Of a stretch of 64,000 nucleotides of DNA, positions 48,965 to 60,763 are shown piece by piece (within the stretch, counting starts at the first letter, position 1; the number at the start of each line of letters is the position of its first letter). The translations under genes were made by a program, and so were the position numbers. Source of the DNA: Macrostomum hystrix (lineage: Eukaryota; Animalia; Platyhelminthes); NCBI GenBank assembly GCA_950097015.1, contig CATNEN010000011.1, positions 3,348,001 through 3,412,000 on the forward strand. The letters run 5' to 3'. The notes under the pieces were generated by a model. It had not been told where the DNA came from. It worked only from the letters and a program-made list of their open reading frames with translations, and made no database searches.

Positions 48965-49527
48965 GCAAAACTAAGTCGTTGCTAGTGTACTTTAAAAAAT
49001 AGCTGCAAGTCAGAGAAGTTTAGAAGGCTGAAAGCATATATTTGACGTTAGCAAAAAGCAACAGCCGCCGTCCTTGACTGACGCATGGTTGCACTTTTAA
49101 CCCGACGACAGATCGAACGAACGTTACCGCAAAAGTCAACCAGTTTGTTACAGTGCTACACAGTCTATAGCATTTAGTCTAGTCTGCCAATCAATCAGTC
49201 GACTATATTTTCTTTGTAACATTTACCAATCACAGAAATGCAAAGCGGAACAATTGAGGGTTTTAACACAGTAGCAGAAGAAACAAGGGAGGGGATCCCG
49301 CTAAAAGTCTGGCATTTAAAACTTTGCATTCTCCGTTTCTTATCAACGTATTCCATCAAAGCGCACTGGAGAGAGGAGTGCATTCCACAACATGCGGCTC
49401 GGTTCTAGCAACGTGTCTAAACGACAGTCGCTACGCCAGTCGCTCGTACTTTACTGCCAAACAACAGCCTCCTCGGAAAATAATTCTGCCAAGATAATGC
49501 GATTATAAAGCCATCAAATTTTTAAGC

Positions 49528-51030
49528 ATGCAGGCGATTCTCTGGGTTGGTTGGAGGCGATTCTCTGGGTTGGTTGGAGGCGATTCTCTGGGTTGGTTGC
49601 AGGCGATTCTCTGGGTTGGTTGCAGGCGATTCTCTGGGTTGGTTGGAGGCGATTCTCTGGGTTGGTTGCAGGCGATTCTCTGGGTTGGTTGGAGGCGATT
49701 CTCTGGGTTGGTTGGAGGCGATTCTCTGGGTTGATTGGAGGCGATTCTCTGGGTTGGTTGGAGGCGATTCTCTGGGTTGGTTGGAGGCGATTCTCTGGGT
49801 TGATTGGAGGCGAATCTCTGGGTTGGTTGGAGGCGATTCTCTGGGTTGGTTGGAGGCGATTCTCTGGGTTGGTTGGAGGCGAATCTCTGGGTTGGTTGGA
49901 GGCGATTCTCTGGGTTGGTTGGAGGCGATTCTCTGGGTTGGTTGCAGGCGATTCTCTGGGTTGGTTGGAGGCGATTCTCTGGGTTGGTTGGAGGCGATTC
50001 TCTGGGTTGGTTGGAGGCGATTCTCTGGGTTGGTTGCAGGCGATTCTCTGGGTTGGTTGCAGGCGATTCTCTGGGTTGGTTGGAGGCGATTCTCTGGGTT
50101 GGTTGGAGGCGATTCTCTGGGTTGGTTGGAGGCGATTCTCTGGGTTGGTTGGAGGCGATTCTCTGGGTTGATTGGAGGCGATTCTCTGGGTTGGTTGGAG
50201 GCGATTCTCTGGGTTGGTTGGAGGCGATTCTCTGGGTTGATTGGAGGCGAATCTCTGGGTTGGTTGGAGGCGATTCTCTGGGTTGGTTGGAGGCGATTCT
50301 CTGGGTTGATTGGAGGCGAATCTCTGGGTTGGTTGGAGGCGAATCTCTGGGTTGGTTGGAGGCGAATCTCTGGGTTGGTTGGAGGCGATTCTCTGGGTTG
50401 GTTGGAGGCGATTCTCTGGGTTGGTTGGAGGCGATTCTCTGGGTTGGTTGCAGGCGATTCTCTGGGTTGGTTGCAGGCGATTCTCTGGGTTGGTTGGAGG
50501 CGATTCTCTGGGTTGGTTGGAGGCGATTCTCTGGGTTAGTTGGAGGCGATTCTCTGGGTTGGTTGGAGGCGAATCTCTGGGTTGGTTGGAGGCGATTCTC
50601 TGGGTTGGTTGGAGGCGATTCTCTGGGTTGGTTGGAGGCGATTCTCTGGGTTGGTTGGAGGCGAATCTCTGGGTTGGTTGGAGGCGATTCTCTGGGTTGG
50701 TTGGAGGCGATTCTCTGGGTTAGTTGGAGGCGATTCTCTGGGTTGGTTGGAGGCGAATCTCTGGGTTGGTTGGAGGCGATTCTCTGGGTTGGTTGGAGGC
50801 GATTCTCTGGGTTGGTTGGAGGCGAATCTCTGGGTTGGTTGGAGGCGATTCTCTGGGTTGGTTGGAGGCGATTCTCTGGGTTGGTTGGAGGCGAATCTCT
50901 GGGTTGGTTGGAGGCGATTCTCTGGGTTGGTTGGAGGCGATTCTCTGGGTTGGTTGGAGGCGAATCTCTGGGTTGGTTGGAGGCGATTCTCTGGGTTGGT
51001 TGGAGGCGAATCTCTGGGTTGGTTGCAGGC
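49528..51030. repeat. 23-bp satellite array 3
   Basis: Variant pattern nearly identical to array 2 at +3420 bp. Confidence 0.98.
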
Positions 51031-51064
51031 TAAATACTTGAGCATGATTAGCTAGTATTTTTAC

Positions 51065-52384
51065 CAAGAGTGCCTGGGTCCAACGTAGACAAATCGATAA
51101 TCATTGTCAGTTTTAGCAAGACAATATTCGTTCAGCCAATCAGATGAGAAATACTGAGGCACTGAGTAGGCCTTATAATCTGGATATTGTAGCTGAAAGT
51201 GCCAATCCTTCAGGTAGAGAATTTGTCGATTAGCACTGATATCGCCGTCCGGTTCTGCGTTTTGTAAAAGTCCATTGGGCCAGTAATCACCAAAGTATTC
51301 GTCTGCCGGCAGGCATACCACTGGATGACTCGAAAACTCTTGCTCGTCACAGCGAGACACCGGCAGGTCTTGAGTGCCTAAGTTTTAGGTGGTTCGGTCC
51401 GGTATGACGATATTTGAATTTGAATTTATTTGACTTACGCAACACTCAACTTGCTCAGCTTAGAAATTAAAGTCTTACGCACACTTGTCGCCTGAGAGGT
51501 CAGGAGTTCGACTCCCAGGAAACGAGACAAATTTGTTTCATTTTAACTGTTTTAGTCATATTTTTTAACTGGGGTTGAAATTTGGGTCGGTGCGGAAGCC
51601 TCACCAGTCCACGGACTGAACAGTTTGTACTGAGCTTCCTTTGAAGCAACTTTTAACAGTAACAAGAGCACGGGAGTATTTCAAAGTACCCACACCTTTC
51701 TCTTCTCTTTAGCTCCAAAAATATTCAACTAATCGCCATGAAAATCCACAAGACATGGGCTAAAATTTTCCGCTCTAACCGATTAAACAGCTTTCAAAGC
51801 CACAGAGCATCGGCTTCGTCGAGATATTCAACGGTTCTCGTCGGAGTGTCTGGTGGCAAGAACCGCAAGTAGTAAAGGTACATGTAAAGTAAATGATCCT
51901 TGTCCTCGTCACCAGGGTCTTACACAAGAGTCGCTGAATATCTCGTCGATGCTGACGTCGAACGGCTTTGAAAGTTAGTTCATCGTAAAGGGTGGAAAAT
52001 GTTGATCCATGTGGTGGTCTATTGCCTCAAAAGCGAATCTCAGACCTTTGCATATTCGCCAGAGAAAGTCGGCATTGACGGAGCCATCAGCTCGCGTCCA
52101 GTCAGTGCGTGCCGGCCAGTGCTCAGTGACGAAGCTTTTGAGTAGCACCGGCTTATTGGCCAACAAGTACCTAATTTGGTAAGATCAGTTCTCACTTGTC
52201 ATGAAAAATTTTCAACGGTTCTGAAATAATAATTAAACGCAGCAAACTTCCACAACCTGCGATAAAAGTCCTTTACATCATGCTGCGCCGTCGAACCAGT
52301 CAGGATGTTCAATTCCACCTGGGCTCCCAGATGAAGCTCTTGAAATCGTGTCACGCGGGCCGTGGAAGATGAGGCAGTCGACAT
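51065..52384 (-). pseudogene. JMJD4: JMJD4 partial duplicate 3 (exons 1-3 only)
   Basis: Exons 52257-52384, 52046-52170, 51065-51377, at +3420 bp from duplicate 2 and almost identical to it. Confidence 0.8.
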
Positions 52385-52947
52385 GCAAAACTAAGTCGTT
52401 GCTAGTGTACTTTAAAAAATAGCTGCAAGTCAGAGAAGTTTAGAAGGCTGAAAGCATATATTTGACGTTAGCAAAAAGCAACAGCCGCCGTCCTTGACTG
52501 ACGCATGGTTGCACTTTTAACCCGACGACAGATCGAACGAACGTTACCGCAAAAGTCAACCAGTTTGTTACAGTGCTACACAGTCTATAGCATTTAGTCT
52601 AGTCTGCCAATCAATCAGTCGACTATATTTTCTTTGTAACATTTACCAATCACAGAAATGCAAAGCGGAACAATTGAGGGTTTTAACACAGTAGCAGAAG
52701 AAACAAGGGAGGGGATACCGCTAAAAGTCTGGCATTTAAAACTTTGCATTCTCCGTTTCTTATCAACGTATTCCATCAAAGCGCACTGGAGAGAGGAGTG
52801 CATTCCACAACATGCGGCTCGGTTCTAGCAACGTGTCTAAACGACAGTCGCTACGCCAGTCGCTCGTACTTTACTGCCAAACAACAGCCTCCTCGGAAAA
52901 TAATTCTGCCAAGATAATGCGATTATAAAGCCATCAAATTTTTAAGC

Positions 52948-54303
52948 ATGCAGGCGATTCTCTGGGTTGGTTGGAGGCGATTCTCTGGGTTGGTTGGAGG
53001 CGATTCTCTGGGTTGGTTGGAGGCGATTCTCTGGGTTGGTTGCAGGCGATTCTCTGGGTTGGTTGCAGGCGATTCTCTGGGTTGGTTGGAGGCGATTCTC
53101 TGGGTTGGTTGCAGGCGATTCTCTGGGTTGGTTGGAGGCGATTCTCTGGGTTGGTTGGAGGCGATTCTCTGGGTTGATTGGAGGCGATTCTCTGGGTTGG
53201 TTGGAGGCGATTCTCTGGGTTGGTTGGAGGCGATTCTCTGGGTTGATTGGAGGCGAATCTCTGGGTTGGTTGGAGGCGATTCTCTGGGTTGGTTGGAGGC
53301 GATTCTCTGGGTTGGTTGGAGGCGAATCTCTGGGTTGGTTGGAGGCGATTCTCTGGGTTGGTTGGAGGCGATTCTCTGGGTTGGTTGCAGGCGATTCTCT
53401 GGGTTGGTTGGAGGCGATTCTCTGGGTTGGTTGGAGGCGATTCTCTGGGTTGGTTGGAGGCGATTCTCTGGGTTGATTGGAGGCGATTCTCTGGGTTGGT
53501 TGGAGGCGATTCTCTGGGTTGGTTGGAGGCGATTCTCTGGGTTGATTGGAGGCGAATCTCTGGGTTGGTTGGAGGCGATTCTCTGGGTTGGTTGGAGGCG
53601 ATTCTCTGGGTTGATTGGAGGCGAATCTCTGGGTTGGTTGGAGGCGAATCTCTGGGTTGATTGGAGGCGAATCTCTGGGTTGGTTGGAGGCGATTCTCTG
53701 GGTTGGTTGGAGGCGATTCTCTGGGTTGGTTGGAGGCGATTCTCTGGGTTGGTTGGAGGCGATTCTCTGGGTTGGTTGCAGGCGATTCTCTGGGTTGGTT
53801 GGAGGCGATTCTCTGGGTTGGTTGGAGGCGATTCTCTGGGTTGGTTGGAGGCGAATCTCTGGGTTGGTTGGAGGCGATTCTCTGGGTTGGTTGGAGGCGA
53901 TTCTCTGGGTTGGTTGCAGGCGATTCTCTGGGTTGGTTGGAGGCGAATCTCTGGGTTGGTTGGAGGCGATTCTCTGGGTTGGTTGGAGGCGATTCTCTGG
54001 GTTGGTTGGAGGCGATTCTATGGGTTGGTTGCAGGCGATTCTCTGGGTTGGTTGGAGGCGATTCTCTGGGTTGGTTGGAGGCGATTCTATGGGTTGGTTG
54101 CAGGCGATTCTCTGGGTTGGTTGGAGGCGATACTCTGGGTTGGTTGGAGGCGATTCTCTGGGTTGGTTGGAGGCGATTCTCTGGGTTGGTTGCAGGCGAT
54201 TCTCTGGGTTGGTTGGAGGCGATTCTCTGGGTTGGTTGGAGGCGATTCTCTGGGTTGGTTGGAGGCGATTCTCTGGGTTGGTTGCAGGCTATTCTCTGGG
54301 TTG
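52948..54303. repeat. 23-bp satellite array 4 (between NUDT8 and the JMJD4 blocks)
   Basis: Same unit. Unique right flank CCTTGTCAGC. Confidence 0.98.
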
Positions 54304-54805
54304 GCCTTGTCAGCTATTGGAAAACTATGTTACCTTCTGAAAGCAAAAAAACTGGAAAAGCTAAAAGTTGTAGTGCATGTCATAATCACTTTTAACTACA
54401 ATTATTCAATGTTTTTACTCAAAACAGATTTACTTAACGCAGCACAGGTAAATTATTCAATTAGCAAACAAATTTGACAATGAAATCTAAATTTTCGCGG
54501 ACAAGCAAACAAAAAGCAATTAAATAGAAAAATCAAAATGCTAAAATATAATTCATAGCATTTAACATATTTTATCATAAACCAATATTGCTACTGATAG
54601 TAATATACAACATATATTTTACCACTAAAGGAAGTCCCAGAAGGTCACCCACCTGATAGAGACGAAAGGTGATCCAAGTGTTAGAGACGAAAAGTCACCC
54701 GCCTGTTAGTGTAATCTAAGAACCTAATCAATGACAATACACCAATGAAATCATCGATTTATTTAACTACAAGTGATAAATAGACAAATTACGATTCCAA
54801 AAAAA

Positions 54806-56184
54806 CTACCTTTCAGCAGTTTTTCTAAACTGAGCTAAAAGTGCATCGCTCTCCTGCAAAATTCTGTTCAAATGTAGCGGACATTGTTGGCCAAGCAGGA
54901 GACGCAAAGCAACAAATGTAAACACCGCGGTCACACCCCAGATTCTCGGCAGTTGATCCCGCATCACAGGAATGCTATAGCGACCCAATTTGGGATTTTC
55001 AAACAATGTATATCCCCAAGCTGTGGGATTATCAACCAGTTCATCCAAGGAGCGGAACAGTACCAGACTCACTTCCGCTGGATTGGGTTTGAGTTGGTCA
55101 AGGTTGGATAGCTCACCGCAATAGCCAATCACTGGTGTGACTGTGAATTTGGCCGAAGTCTGCAAATGACATGAAGATTTTGAGAGGTACAGAAATAAGA
55201 AATATGTGGGTACGCTAATTACTCCCGTGCTGTTTCAACTGTTAATTAATCACACAATATATGCAACTCACAATATGAGACTTATCCGCGCCCCAGACGT
55301 CCACTTGATCTGGCGTCAAGCCGATTTCCTCTTCAGCCTCTCGCAGAGCCGTGTCCGCCGCCCAGTCCAGTTGGTCTGTCGAATCGCTCTGCAAATTCTT
55401 AGCTGGTTCTTGACCAGACGTTGGTTCGCGAACACCGCCAGGAAAGCTGACCTACAGGCGAGGAAATACATTTCGAGCCTCTTTAAATTGTAGGAAGCTA
55501 GTAGGGTGAGTAGCAGAACTGTCAAATGCGTCGAAGGTCCCTGAGCTCGATTCCGCGGCAAGGCTACATTCATTTGGGGCGCAGCCCTTGAAGGCCAACC
55601 TCCAAGGGCGCTGTGAAAGTGCACACTGCCTGACGATGAGAAAGTTCAGGGCAGATGTACACACATGTATGCGTGTGTGCTCAGGAGTAAGCGAGATGAG
55701 CAGAATTGCCTCCTGCGAGTCTACTGTCACCAAAATGTGAGTCATTGCCCTGCAATTATTTTTATTTTTTTGTTATCAACATGGGAGCCCCTTCTACCCC
55801 AGTATAAGTTTAAGCTTCGGACTTTAGATGAAGAGGTCGAGAGTTCTAATCTTATAACCCGAGAGAATGGACTGAGTAACTGTTATGTTTATTCTAGATC
55901 CAGACTGAACACAATGAAGTCGCTGGTTGATAAACAAAACGAAATTTCCAGCCACCAACCTGCCCACTGTGACTTCTTAGCTGGCTTGATCTCAATGTGT
56001 ACAGTAGACCCGGACCAACACCGGCCAAATGGCAGAACGGCACCAGTACGCTGGCCTGTCTATGGCCGGAAGCTCCGGAAGCAAGCGAAGCCGGATGTGG
56101 AATCAAGTTCTTGGAGTTCCGTTTTCGCAACGCCTCGATACAGCGAAGACGATTGGCGCCCTCAAACAGATGACGACGGTTCAT
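54806..56184 (-). CDS. NUDT8: Nudix hydrolase 8 (CoA diphosphatase family), 3 exons, 252 aa
   Basis: Exons 55960-56184, 55272-55451, 54806-55159, all phase 0. ASVLVPF...LLYTLRSSQLRSHSGQVSFPGG...TALREAEEEIGL...RIWGVTA. NUDT7 is the alternative name. Confidence 0.88.
55530..55765 (+). mobile_element. Dispersed repeat copy (AAAGTCAGGGCAGATGTACAC family) in NUDT8 intron 1
   Basis: Similar to 30465-30730. Confidence 0.6.
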
Positions 56185-56344
56185 TGTGTGAAGCTGAAAA
56201 TGTTTTTTAAAGTGCAGCGAAAACATTAGGCGATATTATATTACTATATTTCAAGATCAAATTTGACTCATCCCCGATTTTTTGCACTGAAACATTACAT
56301 GAATCTCAGAAAACATGCTTATCCTCAAATTTAGCACCTCAGTT

Positions 56345-56937
56345 TCAGTAACTCCACTATGAGATTTCACTCTCCAGTTTCAGTCACTCCACCGGAGCTT
56401 GCTTCCTGAGATTTCACTCTCCAGTTTCAGTCACTCCACTCTGAGATTTCACTCTCCAGTTTCAGTCACTCCACTCTGAGATTTCACTCTCCAGTTTCAG
56501 TCACTCCACTCTGAGATTTCACTCTCCAGTTTCAGTCACTCCACTATGAGATTTCACTCTCCAGTTTCAGTCACTCCACTATGAGATTTCACTCTCCAGT
56601 TTCAGTCACTCCATTCTGAGATTTCACTCTCCAGTTTCAGTCACTCCACTATGAGATTTCACTCTCCAGTTTCAGTAACTCCACTATGAGATTTCACTCT
56701 CCAGTTTCAGTAACTCCACTATGAGATTTCACTCTCCAGTTTCAGTCACTCCACTATGAGATTTCACTCTCCAGTTTCAGTCACTCCACTATGAGATTTC
56801 ACTCTCCAGTTTCAGTCACTCCACTATGAGATTTCACTCTCCAGTTTCAGTAACTCCACTATGAGATTTCACTCTCCAGTTTCAGTCACTCCACTCTGAG
56901 ATTTCACTCTCCAGTTTCAGTCACTCCACTCTGAGAT
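56345..56937. repeat. 35-bp minisatellite, about 16 copies
   Basis: Unit GAGATTTCACTCTCCAGTTTCAGTCACTCCACT(A/C)T. Confidence 0.96.
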
Positions 56938-57052
56938 ATCGATAAAGAAAAGAGAAAGTAAAAAAGGCGATTTTGTATCTACCATGGGCACTGCTTATAA
57001 TTATGTTGAACGTATAATTTAATAACGAAAGTCAATTTGAAACAGAGTAACT

Positions 57053-57322
57053 TGATCACTCAATCTAAACTTGAGTCACTGCTCCAATCTAAACTTGAGT
57101 CACTGCTCCAATCTAAACTTGAGTCACTGCTCCAATCTAAACTTGAGTCACTGCTCCAATCTAAACTTGAGTCACTGCTCACATCTAAACTTGAGTCACT
57201 GCTCCAAGCTAAACTTGAGTCACTGCTCCAATCTAAACTTGAGTCACTGCTCCAATCTTAACTTAAGCCACTGCTCCAATCTAAACTTGAATCACTGCTC
57301 CAATCTTAACTTGAGTCACTGC
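57053..57322. repeat. 24-bp minisatellite, about 11 copies, immediately 3' of the RPE stop codon
   Basis: Unit CAATCTAAACTTGAGTCACTGCTC. Confidence 0.96.
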
Positions 57323-57338
57323 ATAAACGTTCACAGTA

Positions 57339-58967
57339 CTATTTCTGATAAGCGGATTTCAATTTGGCAACCACAGCGGCCGGATGGGTGCTTTTAGTCA
57401 GGGCGGTTCCAGACACCAGCACGTTGGCGCCGGCAGCCGCGCATTCCGCCACGGTGGCCGGACTCACTCCGCCATCGACTTCGATGTCAAGCGTTGCGTA
57501 GCGCTCGCGCAGTGTGCGAACCTTCTGCATCATGTCCGACATGAAGGCCTGGCCTCCGAAACCTGGGCGAACAGTCATCACCAGGATCTGTGGTGGTTTG
57601 ATGGTGAGCTGATGAGGATTGCAATGAGTGAATGAGTATTTGGGAGGAGTTGATGAGGTTTTGGGATGATTTGATGAGCTTTTGAGATTATTTCATGAGG
57701 TTTTTGGATGCGTTGATGAGGTTTTGGAATGAGTTGATGAGGATTTGACGAATTCAATGGATTGATAAGATCTTTGAGGTCCGGGTGAGCTGATGAAGTA
57801 GCTACATGGGGTCCGGCATGAATTTTACCTGGTCAACGCTGTCAACAAACGGAAACACGAGCTGCACAGGTGTGTCCGGGCTGATTCCCAGGCCGACCCG
57901 CATTCCGGCCTCACGAATTTTTCTAATGCATTCCGAACAGGCGTCGGCATCGACGTTGCCGATGCCTGTACTACTGCTGCTGCTGTTGTTGCTGAGACAG
58001 AATGGTTCCAGATGAAAGGTATACTGATTAGCGCCTGCGCTAGACATAGGCTGAATCCATTGGCCCGGATTGGACACCATCATGTGTACCTATGATGGCA
58101 AATTTTATCAACTGCAGATTAATGTTTGATAACCCACTAAGAGACGGTGGGCAGTGAACACTGTCTGACAATGAGAAAGCCAGATGAGAAAGCAGATGTA
58201 CACACCTGCGTGCAAATCAGTCTATTTTCTCAGTGCTCACTCGCCAAATAATTCCGGGAATTGTGTTCAATTCAGAGCGTCGGACTTCACGAAGGTCGGG
58301 GATTCGATTCCCGACTCGACAAAAAATCGGTACCATTTAGCAGGGCAATAAACTGTGCGTTGCTTCAGTTCACATAACTATTAAATGGGTACCAGCATTA
58401 GCTGGGGTAATTAAGGCTGGGTGTGGCGTTCCTCCAGTCCATGGACTGAACAGCCGTACGCAGCCCTCATATGCCCCGCGCAATAGCTGCGGCTGTGCTG
58501 TCGATTGCACATCTGCCCAATTCCCGCAGGTTTAATTAAATATTATTAAAATTTATCATTAAATTAAAAAAAGAAGAATATATAAATTATAATTAACCTA
58601 GCAGTTGGTCCGTGGACTGGATTCTATAATTTTACAGACTTGAATCAGAGTTATGTAATATGGATCTAGATTCGAACTTCAGACCTTTTTGTTAATAGTC
58701 TAAAGCTCTTCTAAAGCTAAAGGAACCTCTACAGACCTCTAACAGTACGCCAGGCAGTCGAGGCCGTAGGCACTGAACCACAGGATGTCCAATAGTCAGA
58801 TTTGGAACAAAGTGGCCATCCATGACATCCAGATGCAAGAAGTCTGAGCCAGCACTCAATAGGCGGCTGCACTCAGAGTACAGTTCAGCTAAATCTGAGT
58901 TTAATATAGAAGCTGCCACTTTCACAGTTGGTGCGTGAGTTTGGCACTGTGGCTTTGGTTGATCCAT
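57339..58967 (-). CDS. RPE: Ribulose-5-phosphate 3-epimerase, 3 exons, 246 aa
   Basis: Exons 58737-58967, 57829-58089, 57339-57587, all phase 0. [43 protein letters not shown]. Confidence 0.96.
58258..58530 (+). mobile_element. tRNA-derived SINE in RPE intron 1
   Basis: B-box-like GGATTCGATTCCC. Body TAAATGGGTACCAGC...CAGTCCATGGACTGAACAG...TAGCTGCGGCTGTGCTGTC is shared with 905-1250. Confidence 0.7.
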
Positions 58968-60763
58968 TATTCAATAATTAATGGATGGCAATGGAAGCTG
59001 AAAGTTCGACTAAGAATCAAGTAATAAGAAACTGATGCCATTTTTAAAGTAGCTAGGGGCCTACCTTACATTGATTCAAAATTTAACTAAATTCTATAGC
59101 CAGTGAACTTAAGTGAAACCAATAGTGAGTTAAATGTTAATAAAATGATACTAAATGGTTACTCTATGTTAAAAATAAAACTCATACAGTTTTAAGCAAA
59201 GAATAGCTAGCAAGCTTAAAAATCTGTCTATAAATAATATCATCTTTCATTTTTATTTTAATCAATATGTATTGTAAGCATAAAATATGTATAGGCTCTA
59301 GCATTTTGAGAATATAACTAACAAATTTAACTTGAAGTTATAGAAAAAATTAGTTTAACAGTGAAAAACTGATTTGCAGCAGATAGTCAATTAATCAAAG
59401 TTTTATATTGCTAGCCAGATGACACAATATCAGAATTTCTAAACTAGGCTATCAATTCTTAAAATTGAAAATATTTTATTCGACCCTAGAGGCTAGCTAT
59501 TTTCAACTTTCTAAACAATAGTCTGGCCTGCCAACTTCAGAACGACCACAATTAAAAACTAGACCTAGCTAAAGCAGAAAAAATATAACTAGCATTCTGT
59601 GTGAAGAACCAAAATCTGATACTTGAGTGACACACTAAAGTTGACAGAAAAGGCTTAGTAAAGTATTCAAAAGGGTTCAAATACATGTACTATAAAATTT
59701 AATGTTTATTCAAATAGATGATTACTCATTTGGTATTGCAAATGTTTGTAGCTGTCTAGCAACTGGTTAGGCAGAGGTAACATATAGTGAGTCCCAGTGA
59801 ATTATCATTCACATTTTGATCATTGCCAACCTAGCTAGGTTTATAATCGCGACCTTGAACTACCACAGTTTTGTTAAATTGAGTTCAAACCTATAATTCA
59901 TTTAGGGTATAGAATATTTTATATTAATAGGTTGTTTAAGTTTCAGCTTAAGCTTTAAAGTAATTAACTATATTATAATTGAAACTTTATCTGTAGTCTA
60001 AAGTATAAAAATGTTGAAGAAAACTAAAATTTCTTCGATATGAATGTTAAAAGTACAAATCGCAAAAAAAGTTGATTGCTTTTGGGCACACTAAAAACAC
60101 CACTTTAAACTTTTGTTTCTTGGAATGACACACTTTTAAAATGTGTAGTAGATTAATAGGTTAACAAATAATCGCATTTTTCTACTTCTATACGTTTTTA
60201 AATACCTAACATTATGTAGTCAAGAGAATAGATTATTATTTAGCCCTAAGAGAATTCCATATATTTTAACTTGAATGTGCTTTTATCTTAAATGTGCGAA
60301 CGTCTTCTAAGAACTCACTTATTGCCTGAGCCCTTTGCATCAGCATTTAGCATCAGCATTAAGGTATTGTTTGCCTTTCCTTTTTTGAAGTCCTCGCTCG
60401 GCGGTTAGATAAAAAAGCATTTGTCTAGCTCTAAACCATCTGACTAACAGATCTTTGACTTTGACGATTTGCTAAAATCGATTCAAGTATATGGCATGCC
60501 AAATACTAGGCCTATAAGTAATAGCTGATTACCTTGTCTGCCCAGATTTTCCATAGGCTTAGGCATAATATTTTACTCACAGAACTTCTATTACTCCATT
60601 TAAATTTAACCTTTCTTTAGCTAGCTAATCGGCCCCAGCTTAGGCTCCAGGCCTAGCCTAAGTAGCAATTTCTACATAGCTACATAGATCTTTGTCTTTT
60701 CTGGGTTGTTAGCAAGCATTGTTGGATTTTTATGTGGAATGCATATATGTCTATTTAAAAAAT

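Noticed and set aside
42643-54477. Many long ORFs (330-525 aa, WLEAILWVGWRR and QPTQRIASN repeats)
   Set aside because: These are translations of the 23-bp satellite, which lacks stops in most frames. They are open in several frames and on both strands and lie in intron or intergenic positions.
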